Positions 29,838 through 40,754 of a stretch of 64,000 nt of DNA are shown here, in pieces. The translations under genes and the position numbers were made by a program. Below the pieces are notes generated by a model, which searched no databases, was not told the DNA's origin, and saw nothing but the letters and a program-made list of their open reading frames with translations. Each line of letters begins with the position of its first letter. Position 1 is the first letter of the stretch. The DNA is from Candidatus Deferrimicrobiaceae bacterium (GTDB lineage: Bacteria; Desulfobacterota; Deferrimicrobia; Deferrimicrobiales; Deferrimicrobiaceae), in NCBI GenBank assembly GCA_963792415.1, contig CAWBVY010000004.1:128001-192000 (forward strand). Reading direction: 5' to 3'.

Positions 29838-30476
29838 ATGCTGCAGGTCACGGAATTCTTCGCCAGCGTCCAGGGGGAGACCTCGTATTCGGGGTACCCG
29901 TTCGCCTTCGTGCGGCTCACCGGGTGCAACCTCCGGTGCAGGTACTGCGACACCACGTACGCCTACGACGGGGGGGAGGCGTTCCCGCTCGAAGAGGTCG
30001 TCTCCCGGGTCACCGCCTTCGGGCTGACCCGCGCGTGCGTCACCGGGGGGGAGCCGCTGCTCCAGGAGGAGGCGTCCACCCTGGTCGCCGCGCTGCTCGA
30101 CCGCGGGCAGGAGGTGCTCGTGGAAACGAACGGCACCCTCCCCCTTTCCGGGCTCGACCCCCGGGCGGTGAAGATCATGGACGTGAAGTGCCCTTCCTCC
30201 GGCGAGGACCGGAAGATGCTGTGGGAGAACTTCCTCCACCTGACGGAGCGGGACGAGGTGAAGTTCGTCATCGCCTCCGAGGAGGATTACCGGTACGCGA
30301 AGGAAGTGGCGGCGCGGTACCGCCGCGAAAGGAAATGGGGCGTCCTCCTTTCTCCCGCGTTCGGGGTCCTCGCGCCCGAGCGACTCGCCGGGTGGATGGT
30401 CGGGGACGCCCTCGACGCCCGGCTCCAGCTGCAGCTCCACAAAGTCGTCTGGGGACCGGACCGGAGAGGGGTTTGA
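29838..30476 (+). CDS. queE: 7-carboxy-7-deazaguanine synthase
   Basis: EFFASVQGE, GCNLRCRYCDT, QLHK; next to queC. Confidence 0.93.
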   Translation: MLQVTEFFASVQGETSYSGYPFAFVRLTGCNLRCRYCDTTYAYDGGEAFPLEEVVSRVTAFGLTRACVTGGEPLLQEEASTLVAALLDRGQEVLVETNGTLPLSGLDPRAVKIMDVKCPSSGEDRKMLWENFLHLTERDEVKFVIASEEDYRYAKEVAARYRRERKWGVLLSPAFGVLAPERLAGWMVGDALDARLQLQLHKVVWGPDRRGV

Positions 30477-30480
30477 GGAG

Positions 30481-31197
30481 ATGACGTCGGGCGGAAAACC
30501 GATCGGGATCGCGCTGGTCAGCGGCGGGATGGACAGTCTGGTGATGGCCGAGTTCTGCACGCGGGAGTCGGACCTCGCCCTGCTCCACGTCAACTACGGG
30601 CAGCGCACCGAGAGGAAGGAGCTCCTCTGCTTCCACGCCGTCGCGGAGCACCTGAAGGTCCCCGTCTCCCGGCGCCTCGTCGCGGACATCGGGTACCTGA
30701 AGCGGATCGGGGGGAGCGCCCTGACCGACGGCGGGATCGACGTACCCAGCGCGGACCTCGGGCGGGAGGGGGTCCCCGTCACGTACGTCCCGTTCCGGAA
30801 CGCGCACCTGGTCGCGATCGCGGTCTCTTGGGCCGAGGTGATCGGCGCGAAGAGCATCTACATCGGCGCCGTGGCCGCCGACTCCTCGGGCTACCCGGAC
30901 TGCCGCCCGGAATTCTACGAGGCGATGAACGAAACGATCCGGCGGGGGACGAAGGCCGGGAGCGGCATCGTCGTGAAGGCCCCCTTCGTCCACCTGTTGA
31001 AGAAGGACATCGTCCTGATGGGAAAATCGATGGGAGTACCCTTCGAGCAATCGTGGTCGTGCTACCGGGAGGGAGAGAAGGCGTGCGGGGTCTGCGATTC
31101 ATGCGCGCTCCGGCTGCGCGCCTTCGCCGAGGCCGGGGTCACCGACCCCCTTCCGTACGAAACCCGGCCCGACTACCGCCATGATTCCCCCGCGTAA
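30481..31197 (+). CDS. queC: 7-cyano-7-deazaguanine synthase
   Basis: SGGMDS, TYVPFRN, GYPDCRP, WSCY..CGVCDSC. Confidence 0.96.
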   Translation: MTSGGKPIGIALVSGGMDSLVMAEFCTRESDLALLHVNYGQRTERKELLCFHAVAEHLKVPVSRRLVADIGYLKRIGGSALTDGGIDVPSADLGREGVPVTYVPFRNAHLVAIAVSWAEVIGAKSIYIGAVAADSSGYPDCRPEFYEAMNETIRRGTKAGSGIVVKAPFVHLLKKDIVLMGKSMGVPFEQSWSCYREGEKACGVCDSCALRLRAFAEAGVTDPLPYETRPDYRHDSPA

Positions 31198-31236
31198 CCG
31201 CCAGGAACGAAATCGTACCGTGTGCCCCTTTCCCTG

Positions 31237-31265
31237 TTGACAGGAGGGGCGTACGCAACTACAGT
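31237..31265 (+). promoter_or_regulatory. Near-consensus sigma70 promoter
   Basis: TTGACA-N17-TACAGT. Confidence 0.75.
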
Positions 31266-31341
31266 CTTAGTCCCAAAACCCCCCGAACGGGACGGATGAA
31301 TCTTTTCCGGCGCCCGTCCGTCCTAGATAGCAGGAGAGAAG

Positions 31342-31548
31342 ATGGCGAATTTCTACGAAAACAACGGCGATCGCAACGTCCCCTGGGAAGACGCGGGGGG
31401 GTTCAACACCCATCTGCTGACCGAGTTGCGCAACGCGATGCTCTCCGTGGAAGACGGCGGGAAGCCGGCGGGTCCCGTGCAGGCCGTGGTGGCCGAATGG
31501 ATCAAGCGGCTGCCCGCCTTCGATTTCCCCGACGACGAAATCGGCTGA
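31342..31548 (+). CDS. Small acidic hypothetical protein (68 aa)
   Basis: AGGAGA RBS, own promoter, typical codon usage. Confidence 0.78.
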   Translation: MANFYENNGDRNVPWEDAGGFNTHLLTELRNAMLSVEDGGKPAGPVQAVVAEWIKRLPAFDFPDDEIG

Positions 31549-31551
31549 CGC

Positions 31552-34500
31552 CTAGGGCAGTCCCAGCAGCTCCAGGTACACCTTCCGGATCCTGTCCGTT
31601 TCCTTCCGGTACCTTTCCAGCCGTTCCGTCTCCAGCCACTGCGGGTCGAAGCTGTCGATCGAAGCGTCGTGCGCCAGCCGCAACCGGACGTCCAGGGACC
31701 GGAGGAAGCGATACCCTTCGTCCAGCACCCTGTACTGGTCGAGCGTGACGATCCCCGCGCGCTGCAGCTCGTAGAGCGCCTTCAGGGTTCCGCGCGCCCG
31801 CAACGCGGGGCGCGCCCCTCCATGGAGGAGCTGCAGGTACTGCGCCGCGAACTCCACGTCCACCACACCCCCCCGCCCCACCTTCAGGTTCAGGCGGTTC
31901 CCACGCTCCCGGCCCAGCTCCTGCTCCATCCGCATCCGCAGGCGGTGGATCTCCTCCGCCGCGTTCGGCGGCAGGCCCCGATCGTAGATGAATCCCCGGA
32001 TCTTCTCCTCCACCCGTTTCCCGAGGTTGCGGTCCCCCGCGACGCACCGGCACTTCAACAGCGCCTGCCGCTCCCACAGGTGCGCCGATTCCTCGTGGTA
32101 CCGCTCGAAGGCCTCCAGCGAGGAGACCAGCGGGCCCGCGTTCCCCGAGGGGCGCAGGCGGGTATCGAGTCGGTAGACGAGTCCCTCCCGCGTCGAGGTC
32201 GTGAGGATCGAGATCATCCGCTGCGCGACCTTGGCGAAATATTCGTGGTTGGAAATCTTCCGGAAGTCGCCGCCGCTTCGTCCGGGCTCCGGTGCGCTCT
32301 CCCCCGGCCCCGAGTAGAGGAAGATGATGTCGAGGTCGCTGTGATAGGACAACTCCTCCGACCCGAGCTTCCCCATCCCCAGGACGCAGAAGGACGCCTC
32401 CGCCCCCGTCGCGGTCTCCCTGGCGATGCCGAAGCGTCGGCGCACCTCGCGGATCGCGAGGTGCACCGCGTGGGAGAGAAGAACCTCCGCCAGCGCGGAA
32501 AGCTGGAACATCCCCTCCTCCAGCGACAGGCTCCCCGCCATGTCGTGAATGCCGATCCGCAGCGTTTCGAGGTTCTTGAAGCGCCTCAGTTCGTCCAGCT
32601 CCTGCTCGAAGTCGTCGCACCCCGTCAGCGCCTCCGCGAGACCGGTGCGCAGGTCCGACTTCGACTTGACCAGCGCGGAGAGATCGGTCCGCAGAAACGT
32701 GTCCAGGAGCTCCGGGTGGCGCAGCAGGAAGCCGGAGAGGAAGCGGCTGCTTCCGAACATGCGCACGAGCGCCTCGATGACCTTCGGCTTCTCGTACAGG
32801 AGGGCGTAGAACATCGTCCGCGCCCCGATGGCGGAGAGGAACCGCTCCACGTGGGCGAGCGCGAGGTCGGGGTCGGGGCTCTTCGCGACGCGGTGGAGAA
32901 TCTCGGGACCGATCTTGTCCAGGTAGTGCCGCGCGCGCTGGGGGATCCGGACGTGGGGGGGACCGTACCGAAGGACTTCCAGGTTCCTCTGCGCCGCCTC
33001 GATGTCCCGGAACCCCAACCGGGCAAGGAGCGAAGGGGTATCCTCCGCGCCCCGCCCATGCAGGAAGAGCGCCTGCACCTCCCCGGGGATCCCCGGGGAC
33101 TCCTCCTCCCGCGCGCCGCCGAAAAGGCGGGCGTAGATCCCGTGAACCGCCGCCGCGTGGCGGTCGAGCGCGGAGAGCAGCGTCGGTGCGTCCCCGAGAC
33201 CCATCGCCCGCGCCAGGCGCGAAAGGTCCTCCTCCCGCTGGGGCAGGACGTGGGTCTGCCGCTCCCGGTGCGCCTGGATGCGGTGCTCGAGACGGCGGAG
33301 GAAATCATACGCGGCCGCAAGCCGATCCCGCTCCTCTTCCGCCACGATCCCCATCCCCGACAAGGCGGAGATCGTCTCCACCGTGCCGCGCAGCCGGAGC
33401 TTCGGCTCCTTCCCGCCGTAGATCAGCTGGTGCGCCTGGGCGAAGAACTCGATCTCCCGGATCCCCCCGAGGCCCAGCTTCACGTCCCTGTCAGACCGAA
33501 GGGACCGCGCGGCCGCGAGGTTGATCCGGTCCTTCATCCCCTTGATCTCCTCGATCGCGGTGAAATCGAGGGATTTGCGGTAGACGAAAGGTACGACGGA
33601 CCGGAGAAACTCCTCCCCGAGGGAGAGGTCCCCCGCCACGGGCCACGCCTTGATGAGCGCCGCGCGTTCCCACGTCTGCCCCCACGACTCGTAGTAGATC
33701 TCGGCGGAGCGCAGCGAATTGGCGAGCTCCCCGCGCGTCCCCTCGGGACGCAGCCGCAGATCCACCCGGAACACGAACCCGTCCTCCGTCGCTTCCGAAA
33801 CGATCCGGGAGACCGCTTCTCCAAGCCGGACGAAATACTCGTGGAGCGAAACGGACCGCACGGCCCCCTCCGTTCCCCCCTGATCCGTCTCGTAGAGATA
33901 GAGGATGTCGATGTCGGAGCTGAAGTTCAGCTCGTGCGCCCCCAGTTTCCCCATCCCCATGACGACGAACCGCGGGGTTCGTCGCGTACCCTCGGGAAGG
34001 ATCGCGACCGGGGCGCCGAGGCGCGCATCGAGCGCCCGGCGGGAGAAGCGGACCGCCCCTTCGAGCGCCGCCGACGCCAGCCGGGAAAGGTCCTCGGTGA
34101 TCTCGGGAAGCGGGGCGCCGCCGGAGAGGTCGCGCGCCGCGATCCGGGCGACCTCCCGGTGCTTCATCCGGCGCAGGTCGCGTTTCAGCTCCTCCTCCGT
34201 CGTGCACCGGTCCGCCGCCGCAATGGCCTCCTGCCCCAGTGCCTCCGGGCCGGGGCGCCGAAGGACCCCATCCTCGAGGAAGAGAAACCGGAAGATCTCC
34301 GGGCGCCTGGCGATCTGCTCCGGGATGAACTCCGAGCCCCCAAGAAGCGCCCCGATCAGGGGAAGAAGGTCCTCGCGGGCGAACGCCCGCTGCAGGAAGT
34401 CGCCGGGAAGGGAATCGACCCACCGCGACAGGTTGAGAAAGAAAAGGTCCGGGTCGGGCGCGGGGGCGGCGGCGCGGCAGATGCGATCCCATCCGGAGTG

Positions 34501-34626
34501 CTCCCGCGGAAGGAGGTCCAGGAGATCGGAAAGCAGCGACAGGGCGCGGGACGTGTCCCTGACGCCGATCTCCCGGAGCCGATCGGAGGTGGGACCGTGT
34601 CTCCCGGCAGGGGGGATCGGGCTCAA
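31552..34626 (-). CDS. glnE: Bifunctional glutamine synthetase adenylyltransferase/adenylyl-removing enzyme
   Basis: Two NTase repeats GMGKLG..ELN/SYxSDxD, DLRLRP, DVKLGLGGIREIEF. Confidence 0.96.
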   Translation of the reverse strand: MSPIPPAGRHGPTSDRLREIGVRDTSRALSLLSDLLDLLPREHSGWDRICRAAAPAPDPDLFFLNLSRWVDSLPGDFLQRAFAREDLLPLIGALLGGSEFIPEQIARRPEIFRFLFLEDGVLRRPGPEALGQEAIAAADRCTTEEELKRDLRRMKHREVARIAARDLSGGAPLPEITEDLSRLASAALEGAVRFSRRALDARLGAPVAILPEGTRRTPRFVVMGMGKLGAHELNFSSDIDILYLYETDQGGTEGAVRSVSLHEYFVRLGEAVSRIVSEATEDGFVFRVDLRLRPEGTRGELANSLRSAEIYYESWGQTWERAALIKAWPVAGDLSLGEEFLRSVVPFVYRKSLDFTAIEEIKGMKDRINLAAARSLRSDRDVKLGLGGIREIEFFAQAHQLIYGGKEPKLRLRGTVETISALSGMGIVAEEERDRLAAAYDFLRRLEHRIQAHRERQTHVLPQREEDLSRLARAMGLGDAPTLLSALDRHAAAVHGIYARLFGGAREEESPGIPGEVQALFLHGRGAEDTPSLLARLGFRDIEAAQRNLEVLRYGPPHVRIPQRARHYLDKIGPEILHRVAKSPDPDLALAHVERFLSAIGARTMFYALLYEKPKVIEALVRMFGSSRFLSGFLLRHPELLDTFLRTDLSALVKSKSDLRTGLAEALTGCDDFEQELDELRRFKNLETLRIGIHDMAGSLSLEEGMFQLSALAEVLLSHAVHLAIREVRRRFGIARETATGAEASFCVLGMGKLGSEELSYHSDLDIIFLYSGPGESAPEPGRSGGDFRKISNHEYFAKVAQRMISILTTSTREGLVYRLDTRLRPSGNAGPLVSSLEAFERYHEESAHLWERQALLKCRCVAGDRNLGKRVEEKIRGFIYDRGLPPNAAEEIHRLRMRMEQELGRERGNRLNLKVGRGGVVDVEFAAQYLQLLHGGARPALRARGTLKALYELQRAGIVTLDQYRVLDEGYRFLRSLDVRLRLAHDASIDSFDPQWLETERLERYRKETDRIRKVYLELLGLP

Positions 34627-35660
34627 CGGAAAAGTTTCCGAAGGGCACGCGCCAGGGGCGGCTTGAGAACCCCTTTCTCGGTCACGATGGCGGAAACGAG
34701 GCGGGCCGGCGTCACGTCGAAGGCGGGGTTGTACACCTGGACACCTTCGGGCGCGAGCCGTCTCCCCATCAGGTGCGTCACCTCCGATGGATCGCGCTCC
34801 TCGATCGGAATCCGCTTCCCTGTCGGAATCTTCCGGTCGATCGTCGACACCGGGGCGGCCACGTAGAACGGGACCCTGTGCGCCTTGCACAGGACGGCGA
34901 CGCCGTACGTGCCGATTTTGTTCGCGACGTCCCCGTTCGCGGCGACCCGGTCCGCCCCGACCACGGCGGCGTCGATCCTTCCGGCGGCGAACAGGGAGGC
35001 GGCCATGTTGTCCGTGATCAGGGTGCACGGGATGCCGTCCTTCATCAGTTCCCACGCCGTCAGCCGGGCCCCCTGCAGGAACGGCCGCGTCTCGTCCACG
35101 TACACGTGGATCCGCTTCCCGGCCGCCACGGCGGAACGGATCACTCCCAGCGCCGTCCCGTACCCCGCGGTGGCAAGAGCGCCCGCGTTGCAGTGGGTCA
35201 GGACGCTCCCGAGCGCGGGAAGGAGCTTCGCCCCGTGCGCCCCCATCGCCCGGTTCGCCGCCACGTCCTCCTCGAACAGGGCGACCGCGAGTTTCTCGAG
35301 CCGGGAAAAGGCGGCGGCGGGATCGTCCGGCAGGGCCGCGGCCTCCCGGCGCATCCGGTCGATCGCCCAGAAGAGGTTGACCGCCGTCGGGCGGGTCCCC
35401 GCAAGCCCGGTCGCGGCCTCGTCGAACGCCCTCCGCCAGGGCCTCCCTTTCTTCCACGCCGCCCGGACGGCGAGGACCAGGCCGAACGCCGCGGACACGC
35501 CGATCGCCGGGGCGCCGCGCACCACCATCGTCCGGATCGCATCCGCCACGGAGGAGGAATCGGTGCACCGCCGCATCGACTCGACCATGGGGAGCACGCG
35601 CTGGTCCAGCAGCAGGAGGGCATCCCCCTCCCACGCCATCGTCCGGAACGTCCCGCTCAC
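34623..35660 (-). CDS. mtnA: S-methyl-5-thioribose-1-phosphate isomerase
   Basis: VRGAPAIG, RPTAVNL, LTHCNAGALAT, DETRP, ANKIGTY. Confidence 0.96.
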   Translation of the reverse strand: MSGTFRTMAWEGDALLLLDQRVLPMVESMRRCTDSSSVADAIRTMVVRGAPAIGVSAAFGLVLAVRAAWKKGRPWRRAFDEAATGLAGTRPTAVNLFWAIDRMRREAAALPDDPAAAFSRLEKLAVALFEEDVAANRAMGAHGAKLLPALGSVLTHCNAGALATAGYGTALGVIRSAVAAGKRIHVYVDETRPFLQGARLTAWELMKDGIPCTLITDNMAASLFAAGRIDAAVVGADRVAANGDVANKIGTYGVAVLCKAHRVPFYVAAPVSTIDRKIPTGKRIPIEERDPSEVTHLMGRRLAPEGVQVYNPAFDVTPARLVSAIVTEKGVLKPPLARALRKLFR

Positions 35661-36832
35661 GGGCGCGCCTCCCGCGCGTGGAACCGCTCCACCTGCCGGA
35701 GGACCCGGTCCCGGATCGCCCGGGGAGAAGAAGGAGTCTCCACCGGACGTCCGGCGCGCAGCGCAGGCCGCAACAGGGCCTCCCGGGCACCGCCGCAGGG
35801 GCAGCGCCCCGGCGGGTCCGCGGCGGGGCGGACCGTCCGGGCACCGCACGCCTCGCACGCGTGCACCTGCTTGCGGCCGGACCGCTTCCCCCGCTTCGCG
35901 AAAGGGACGCCCTCCACTTCCACGATGTCGAGCGCGTAGTCGATCGTGGGCGCGTTGCTCAGGGAGGTCCCGACGCCGAAGCCGTCCGCCGCGTCGCGAA
36001 GCGCCCGCACCTCCTCCTCTCCCAGCCCGCCGGAGGCGATCAGGCGCACGTGCCGGAAGCCGCGCAGATCCAGCTCCCACCGCACCTCCTGGAGGATCCG
36101 CCGGAAATCGCCCCGGCGCGACCCCGGCGTGTCGAGCCGGACGGCGGACAACCGTTCCCGCAGCGCCTCGGCCACCCGCACCGCCTCGAACTTCTCGTCC
36201 TGGAGCGTGTCGACGAGGCAGACCCGTGGAACCGCCGGGTCCACCGCCGCGTCGAAGGCCCGCATCGCCGTCACCGTGTCTCCGAGGACCAGGACGAGCG
36301 CGTGCGGCATCGTCCCCTGCGGCGTCTCGCCGAGGAACGCGGCGCTGCGGATCGCCGAGACCCCGTCCGCGCCGCCGATGAAGGCGTTCCGGTCGATCAT
36401 CGTGGAGAGGGCCGGGTGCATCCTGCGGGCCCCGAAGCTCAGGACCGGCTTCTCCCCGGCCGCGTGCTTGACCCGCGACGCCGCCGTGGCGATCCCGGAC
36501 GCCTGGCAGACCGTCCCCAGCATCGCCGTCTCCAGCTCGCAGAAGGCGCCGTACGGCCCCTCGATGGAGAGGACGGTCTCGAAGGGGAAAAAGAGGCTCC
36601 CTTCCCCCATCCCCTCGACGTCGACATCGGCCCCAGCGAGCAGCGACAGCATCTCGTCCATCCCGGAGAGGACGGCATACCCGTAGCCGGTCGGGAACTT
36701 CTTGACGATCGCCTCGGCGGTCACACGCACGCGGTCCTTCCCGGTCGCGCGCAGCACCTCCATCGTCCGGCGGAAGTAGACGTCGGTCGTTTCCCCGCGG
36801 AGGATCTCGTCGCGGGTCGGGATGAGATCCAT
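35657..36832 (-). CDS. pncB: Nicotinate phosphoribosyltransferase
   Basis: TDVYF, SFGARR, GTMPHA, VRLDT, FGVGT. Confidence 0.92.
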   Translation of the reverse strand: MDLIPTRDEILRGETTDVYFRRTMEVLRATGKDRVRVTAEAIVKKFPTGYGYAVLSGMDEMLSLLAGADVDVEGMGEGSLFFPFETVLSIEGPYGAFCELETAMLGTVCQASGIATAASRVKHAAGEKPVLSFGARRMHPALSTMIDRNAFIGGADGVSAIRSAAFLGETPQGTMPHALVLVLGDTVTAMRAFDAAVDPAVPRVCLVDTLQDEKFEAVRVAEALRERLSAVRLDTPGSRRGDFRRILQEVRWELDLRGFRHVRLIASGGLGEEEVRALRDAADGFGVGTSLSNAPTIDYALDIVEVEGVPFAKRGKRSGRKQVHACEACGARTVRPAADPPGRCPCGGAREALLRPALRAGRPVETPSSPRAIRDRVLRQVERFHAREARP

Positions 36833-36855
36833 CGGAGCCTCCTTGATGGGGGGGA

Positions 36856-37440
36856 TCAACGGCGGGGGGCGGACCGAACCGGGCGGCGGACCACCCGGAC
36901 TCCCAGCACGCGCTCCATCTGATCGAGGGCGAACGCGTGCGCGTCGGGCGCAAGCCCCGCCACGAACCGCTCATCCACCGTCGCGTCGTAGCCGCGCATC
37001 GCGGCGTCGGCCGCCGTGTAGAGGATGCAGATGTTGGTGACGCAGCCGGCGAGCGTGAGGCTCCGGATCCCGTTTCGCCGGAGAATGAAGTGAAGCGGCG
37101 TGGCGTGGAACCCGGAATAGGTGCGCTTCTCCACCACCACGTCCCCCGGCTCCGGGGCGAGGGAGGGGACGACCCCCGCGCCGGAAGTACCTTCCACGGC
37201 GTGGGGCGGCCACCCCATCCGCGCGAATTCGGGATCGTTCTTCCTGTGGGAATCGCAGACGTACACGACGAGTTCCCCTTCCCGCCGCGCCTTCGCGATC
37301 CGGCGGCGCAGCGCAGGGAGAATCGCCCGCGTCCCCGGCACCTCCAGGGGGGCCCCGGGACGGACAAAGTCGTTCAGCATGTCGACGACGATCAGCGCCT
37401 TCTTCCCAGACGCCCCGGCCTTCACCGCACCCTCCTCCAT
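36856..37440 (-). CDS. pncA: Isochorismatase-family cysteine hydrolase (nicotinamidase-like)
   Basis: VVDMLNDF, DSH, WPPHA, EKRTYSGF, TNIC; next to pncB. Confidence 0.8.
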   Translation of the reverse strand: MEEGAVKAGASGKKALIVVDMLNDFVRPGAPLEVPGTRAILPALRRRIAKARREGELVVYVCDSHRKNDPEFARMGWPPHAVEGTSGAGVVPSLAPEPGDVVVEKRTYSGFHATPLHFILRRNGIRSLTLAGCVTNICILYTAADAAMRGYDATVDERFVAGLAPDAHAFALDQMERVLGVRVVRRPVRSAPRR

Positions 37441-37474
37441 TCCCCCCCGTCGGCGAACGCGGACATTTTTCCCA

Positions 37475-38902
37475 TCATACCATCGGGGGGCCGAGCTTCT
37501 TCCTCAACGCCTCCTGGACCATCTTGGGATTGGCCTTCCCCCGGCTTTCCTTCATCACCTGCCCGACGAAGAAGGAGAGGAGCCCCGCCTTCCCGGCCCG
37601 GTAGCCCTCGACCTCCTTCGGGCTCGCCGCGAGGACCTTGTCCACGAGAAGATCCAGCGCGGAGGTGTCGGAGAGCTGGGTCAGCCCCTGCTCGTCCCGA
37701 AGCGTCCGGAACGGCTTCCCGGTCGACAGGACAAGCTCCACGAGCTTCTTGGAGGCGGTGGCGGAGATCATCCCCCGCTCCCGGTCCTCGACCGCCTGGG
37801 CGATCGTCTCCGGGGAGAGCGTCCCCGCGAGGACGGCGTCCTTCCAGTGGACGCACTCGTTCGCCGTCGTCTTCGGGTTCCCGCCGTAGATCGCCGCGGA
37901 CGCCTCGAAGAAATCCGCCAGCGCACGGGTCGAAGCGAGGATCCCCGCGTCGTAGCGTGGAATCCCGTACTGCGCCCCTAGCCGCGCGATCTTCTCGGCC
38001 GGCATCTCCGGGATCGTCGCGCGCAGCTCCTCGATCCATGGATCGTCCACGATCAGCGGGAGCAGGTCCGGGTCGGGAAAGTACCGGTAGTCGTGCGCCT
38101 CCTCCTTCCGGCGCATCGACACGGTGACGCCCGCGTTCGCGTCCCAGAGCCGCGTCTCCTGCACCACCTTCCCCCCGTCCTCGATCAGCTCCACCTGCCG
38201 CCGGATTTCATACTCGAGCGCCTTCTCGACGTTTCGGAAGGAGTTCATGTTCTTCAGCTCGGCCTTCGTGCCGAACGCCGCCTGACCGACCGGACGGACC
38301 GAGACGTTCGCGTCGCACCGGAACGACCCCTCCTCCATGTTCCCGTCGCACACCCCGAGGTAGACGAGGATGTCGTGCAGGCGCCGCAGGTACGCGCCGC
38401 CCTCCTCCGGCGTCCGCATGTCGGGCTCGGAGACGATCTCCATCAGGGGGACGGAGCACCGGTTGAGATCCGCGAGCGACGCCTGCGCTCCTGCGAACTC
38501 CCCTTCGTGGACGAGCTTCCCGGCATCCTCCTCCATGTGGATCCGCGTGATCCCGATCCGCTTCGTCCCGCCGTCGACCTCGATGTCGACGTGGCCGCCG
38601 AGGGCGATCGGCAGCTCGTACTGCGAGATCTGGTACGCCTTGGGGAGGTCCGGGTAGAAGTAGTTCTTGCGGGCGAAGACGCTCCTGCGCTGCACCGCGC
38701 AGGAGGTGGCGAGCGCCGTCCGGATCGCGCACTCCACCGCCTTGCGGTTGAGCACCGGGAGCACGCCCGGCATGCCGGTGCACACGGGGCAGGTGTTCGC
38801 GTTGGGGGCGGCGCCGAACGCCGTGGAGCAGGCGCAGAAGATCTTGCTCCGCGTGGAGAGCTGGGCGTGGACCTCCAGACCGATGACCGTCTCGAACGCC
38901 AT
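37475..38902 (-). CDS. gatB: Asp/Glu-tRNA amidotransferase subunit B
   Basis: GLEVHAQL, RKNYFYPDLPK, DYRYFPDPDL. Confidence 0.98.
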   Translation of the reverse strand: MAFETVIGLEVHAQLSTRSKIFCACSTAFGAAPNANTCPVCTGMPGVLPVLNRKAVECAIRTALATSCAVQRRSVFARKNYFYPDLPKAYQISQYELPIALGGHVDIEVDGGTKRIGITRIHMEEDAGKLVHEGEFAGAQASLADLNRCSVPLMEIVSEPDMRTPEEGGAYLRRLHDILVYLGVCDGNMEEGSFRCDANVSVRPVGQAAFGTKAELKNMNSFRNVEKALEYEIRRQVELIEDGGKVVQETRLWDANAGVTVSMRRKEEAHDYRYFPDPDLLPLIVDDPWIEELRATIPEMPAEKIARLGAQYGIPRYDAGILASTRALADFFEASAAIYGGNPKTTANECVHWKDAVLAGTLSPETIAQAVEDRERGMISATASKKLVELVLSTGKPFRTLRDEQGLTQLSDTSALDLLVDKVLAASPKEVEGYRAGKAGLLSFFVGQVMKESRGKANPKMVQEALRKKLGPPMV

Positions 38903-38908
38903 CGCTTC

Positions 38909-40384
38909 CTATCCGTCCAGCGGCGCCACGCGCCGCAACGGGAGGGCGCGCTCGATCGCACCGGCGGCGGTGAACATCGTCTCCTCCCGGAACGAATTCG
39001 AGAGAAGCTGCGCCCCGATGGGGAGTCCCTCCGCGGAAAAACCGCACGGCACGGAGATCCCCGGGATGCCGGCCAGGTTGCAAGGAATCGTGTAGATGTC
39101 GGACAGGTACATTGTGAGCGGATCGCCCGTCTTCTCCCCGAGCCGGAACGCCGGCGTCGGGGCGGTGGGAGTGAGGAGCACGTCCGCCGCCTCGAACGCC
39201 TTCGCGAAATCGTCCCGGATCAGGGTGCGGACCTTCTGCGCCTTTCCGTAAAAGGCGTCGTAGTAGCCGGCGGAGAGCGCATAGGTGCCGATCATGATGC
39301 GGCGCTTCACTTCGTCGCCGAACCCCTCCGCCCGCGTCCGGGACATCATCTCGATCAGGCCCGAGGCCCCCTCCGCCCTGTGGCCGTACCGGACGCCGTC
39401 GTACCGCGCGAGGTTGGACGACGCCTCCGCGGGGGCGATCAGATAGTACGTGGAGAGGGCGAACGAAGTGTGCGGCAGCGAGACCTCCACCACGACGGCG
39501 CCCTGATCGGTCAACGCCTTCAGCGCCTTTTCCACCGCCGCGCGGACCTCCGGGGAAAGCCCGTCTCCCCCGTAATATTCTTTCGGCAGGCCGACGCGGA
39601 GCCCCTTGACCGGGCGCTCCACCGCGGCGAGGTAGTCCGGCACGGGGGTGTCCACGCAGGTCGAGTCGCGCCGGTCGTACCCCGCGATCACGCCGAGCAG
39701 GGCCGCCGCGTCCGCCACGGTCCGCGCAATCGGGCCGCCCTGGTCGAGCGACGACGCGAAGGCGACCATCCCGTAGCGCGACACCCGGCCGTACGTCGGC
39801 TTGACCCCCACCACGCCGCAAAGGGAGGCCGGCTGGCGGATCGAGCCGCCGGTGTCGGTCCCGACCCCGGCGAAGCACATCGCGGCGGCCACCGCCGCCG
39901 CCGTCCCCCCCGAGGAGCCGCCCGGGATGCGGGAGAGGTCCCACGGATTGCGCGTGGCGCCGAAGAAGGAGGTCTCCGTCGAGGAGCCCATCGCGAATTC
40001 GTCCATGTTGTGCTTCCCCGGAACGACGGCGCCGGCGGCGAGGACCTTCTCCGTCACGCAGGCGTCGTAGGGAGGGAGGAAGTCCCGCAGGATCCGGCTC
40101 CCGCAGGTGGTGCGCACGCCGCGGGTGCAGAAGATGTCCTTGAGCCCGACGGGGACGCCGTGGAACGGCCCGCGAAGGGATCCCTTCGCCTGCTCCTCGT
40201 CGCACGCGGCGGCCTGGGCCGCCGCCGCTTCCGGAAGGACGGTGACGTACGCGTGGACCTTCGGATCGACCGCCTCGATCCGCGCGAGGATCGCCGCGGT
40301 CAGCTCGCGGGAGGAGATCTCCTTCTCCCGCACCCTGCGCGCCGCATCGAGGAGGGTCCACTCGTGGACCGGAACGTTCGTCAT
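38909..40384 (-). CDS. gatA: Asp/Glu-tRNA amidotransferase subunit A
   Basis: [33 protein letters not shown]. Confidence 0.98.
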   Translation of the reverse strand: MTNVPVHEWTLLDAARRVREKEISSRELTAAILARIEAVDPKVHAYVTVLPEAAAAQAAACDEEQAKGSLRGPFHGVPVGLKDIFCTRGVRTTCGSRILRDFLPPYDACVTEKVLAAGAVVPGKHNMDEFAMGSSTETSFFGATRNPWDLSRIPGGSSGGTAAAVAAAMCFAGVGTDTGGSIRQPASLCGVVGVKPTYGRVSRYGMVAFASSLDQGGPIARTVADAAALLGVIAGYDRRDSTCVDTPVPDYLAAVERPVKGLRVGLPKEYYGGDGLSPEVRAAVEKALKALTDQGAVVVEVSLPHTSFALSTYYLIAPAEASSNLARYDGVRYGHRAEGASGLIEMMSRTRAEGFGDEVKRRIMIGTYALSAGYYDAFYGKAQKVRTLIRDDFAKAFEAADVLLTPTAPTPAFRLGEKTGDPLTMYLSDIYTIPCNLAGIPGISVPCGFSAEGLPIGAQLLSNSFREETMFTAAGAIERALPLRRVAPLDG

Positions 40385-40403
40385 GCGGTTCGCCGGGTCC
40401 TTT

Positions 40404-40694
40404 CTAATCTTCGATGATCCGCGGGACGCGGAAGCAGTCGTTCTGCCGGTCGGGGGCGTTCGCGAGGAGCGCTTCCCTGTCCCCGAACGGTTCCACCACG
40501 TCGTCGCGGAATGGGGTGCCCGTCTCGATGGCGTGGGACGTGGGGACCACGTCCCTGGTGTCGAGCCGGTCGAGCTGCTTCACGTAGTCGAGAATGGAGG
40601 AAAGCTCCCCTCGAAGGCGCTCGGCCTCGGCCTCGGGCAGCGCAAGGCGCGCCAGGCGGGCGACGTGCAGCACCTCATCCCGCGTGATCGCCAT
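40404..40694 (-). CDS. gatC: Asp/Glu-tRNA amidotransferase subunit C
   Basis: [24 protein letters not shown]. Confidence 0.96.
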   Translation of the reverse strand: MAITRDEVLHVARLARLALPEAEAERLRGELSSILDYVKQLDRLDTRDVVPTSHAIETGTPFRDDVVEPFGDREALLANAPDRQNDCFRVPRIIED

Positions 40695-40754
40695 CGGACC
40701 TCCCCCCGTGGAGTTAAAACGTAAATCTACCATACCGGCGGGTATGATGTACCC

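Noticed and set aside
23488-35844. Apparent giant fusion proteins (23488-26547, 31552-35844; likewise 34623-37367 and 44497-46866)
   Set aside because: N-terminal extensions are off-frame read-ins over neighbouring genes; real starts are internal
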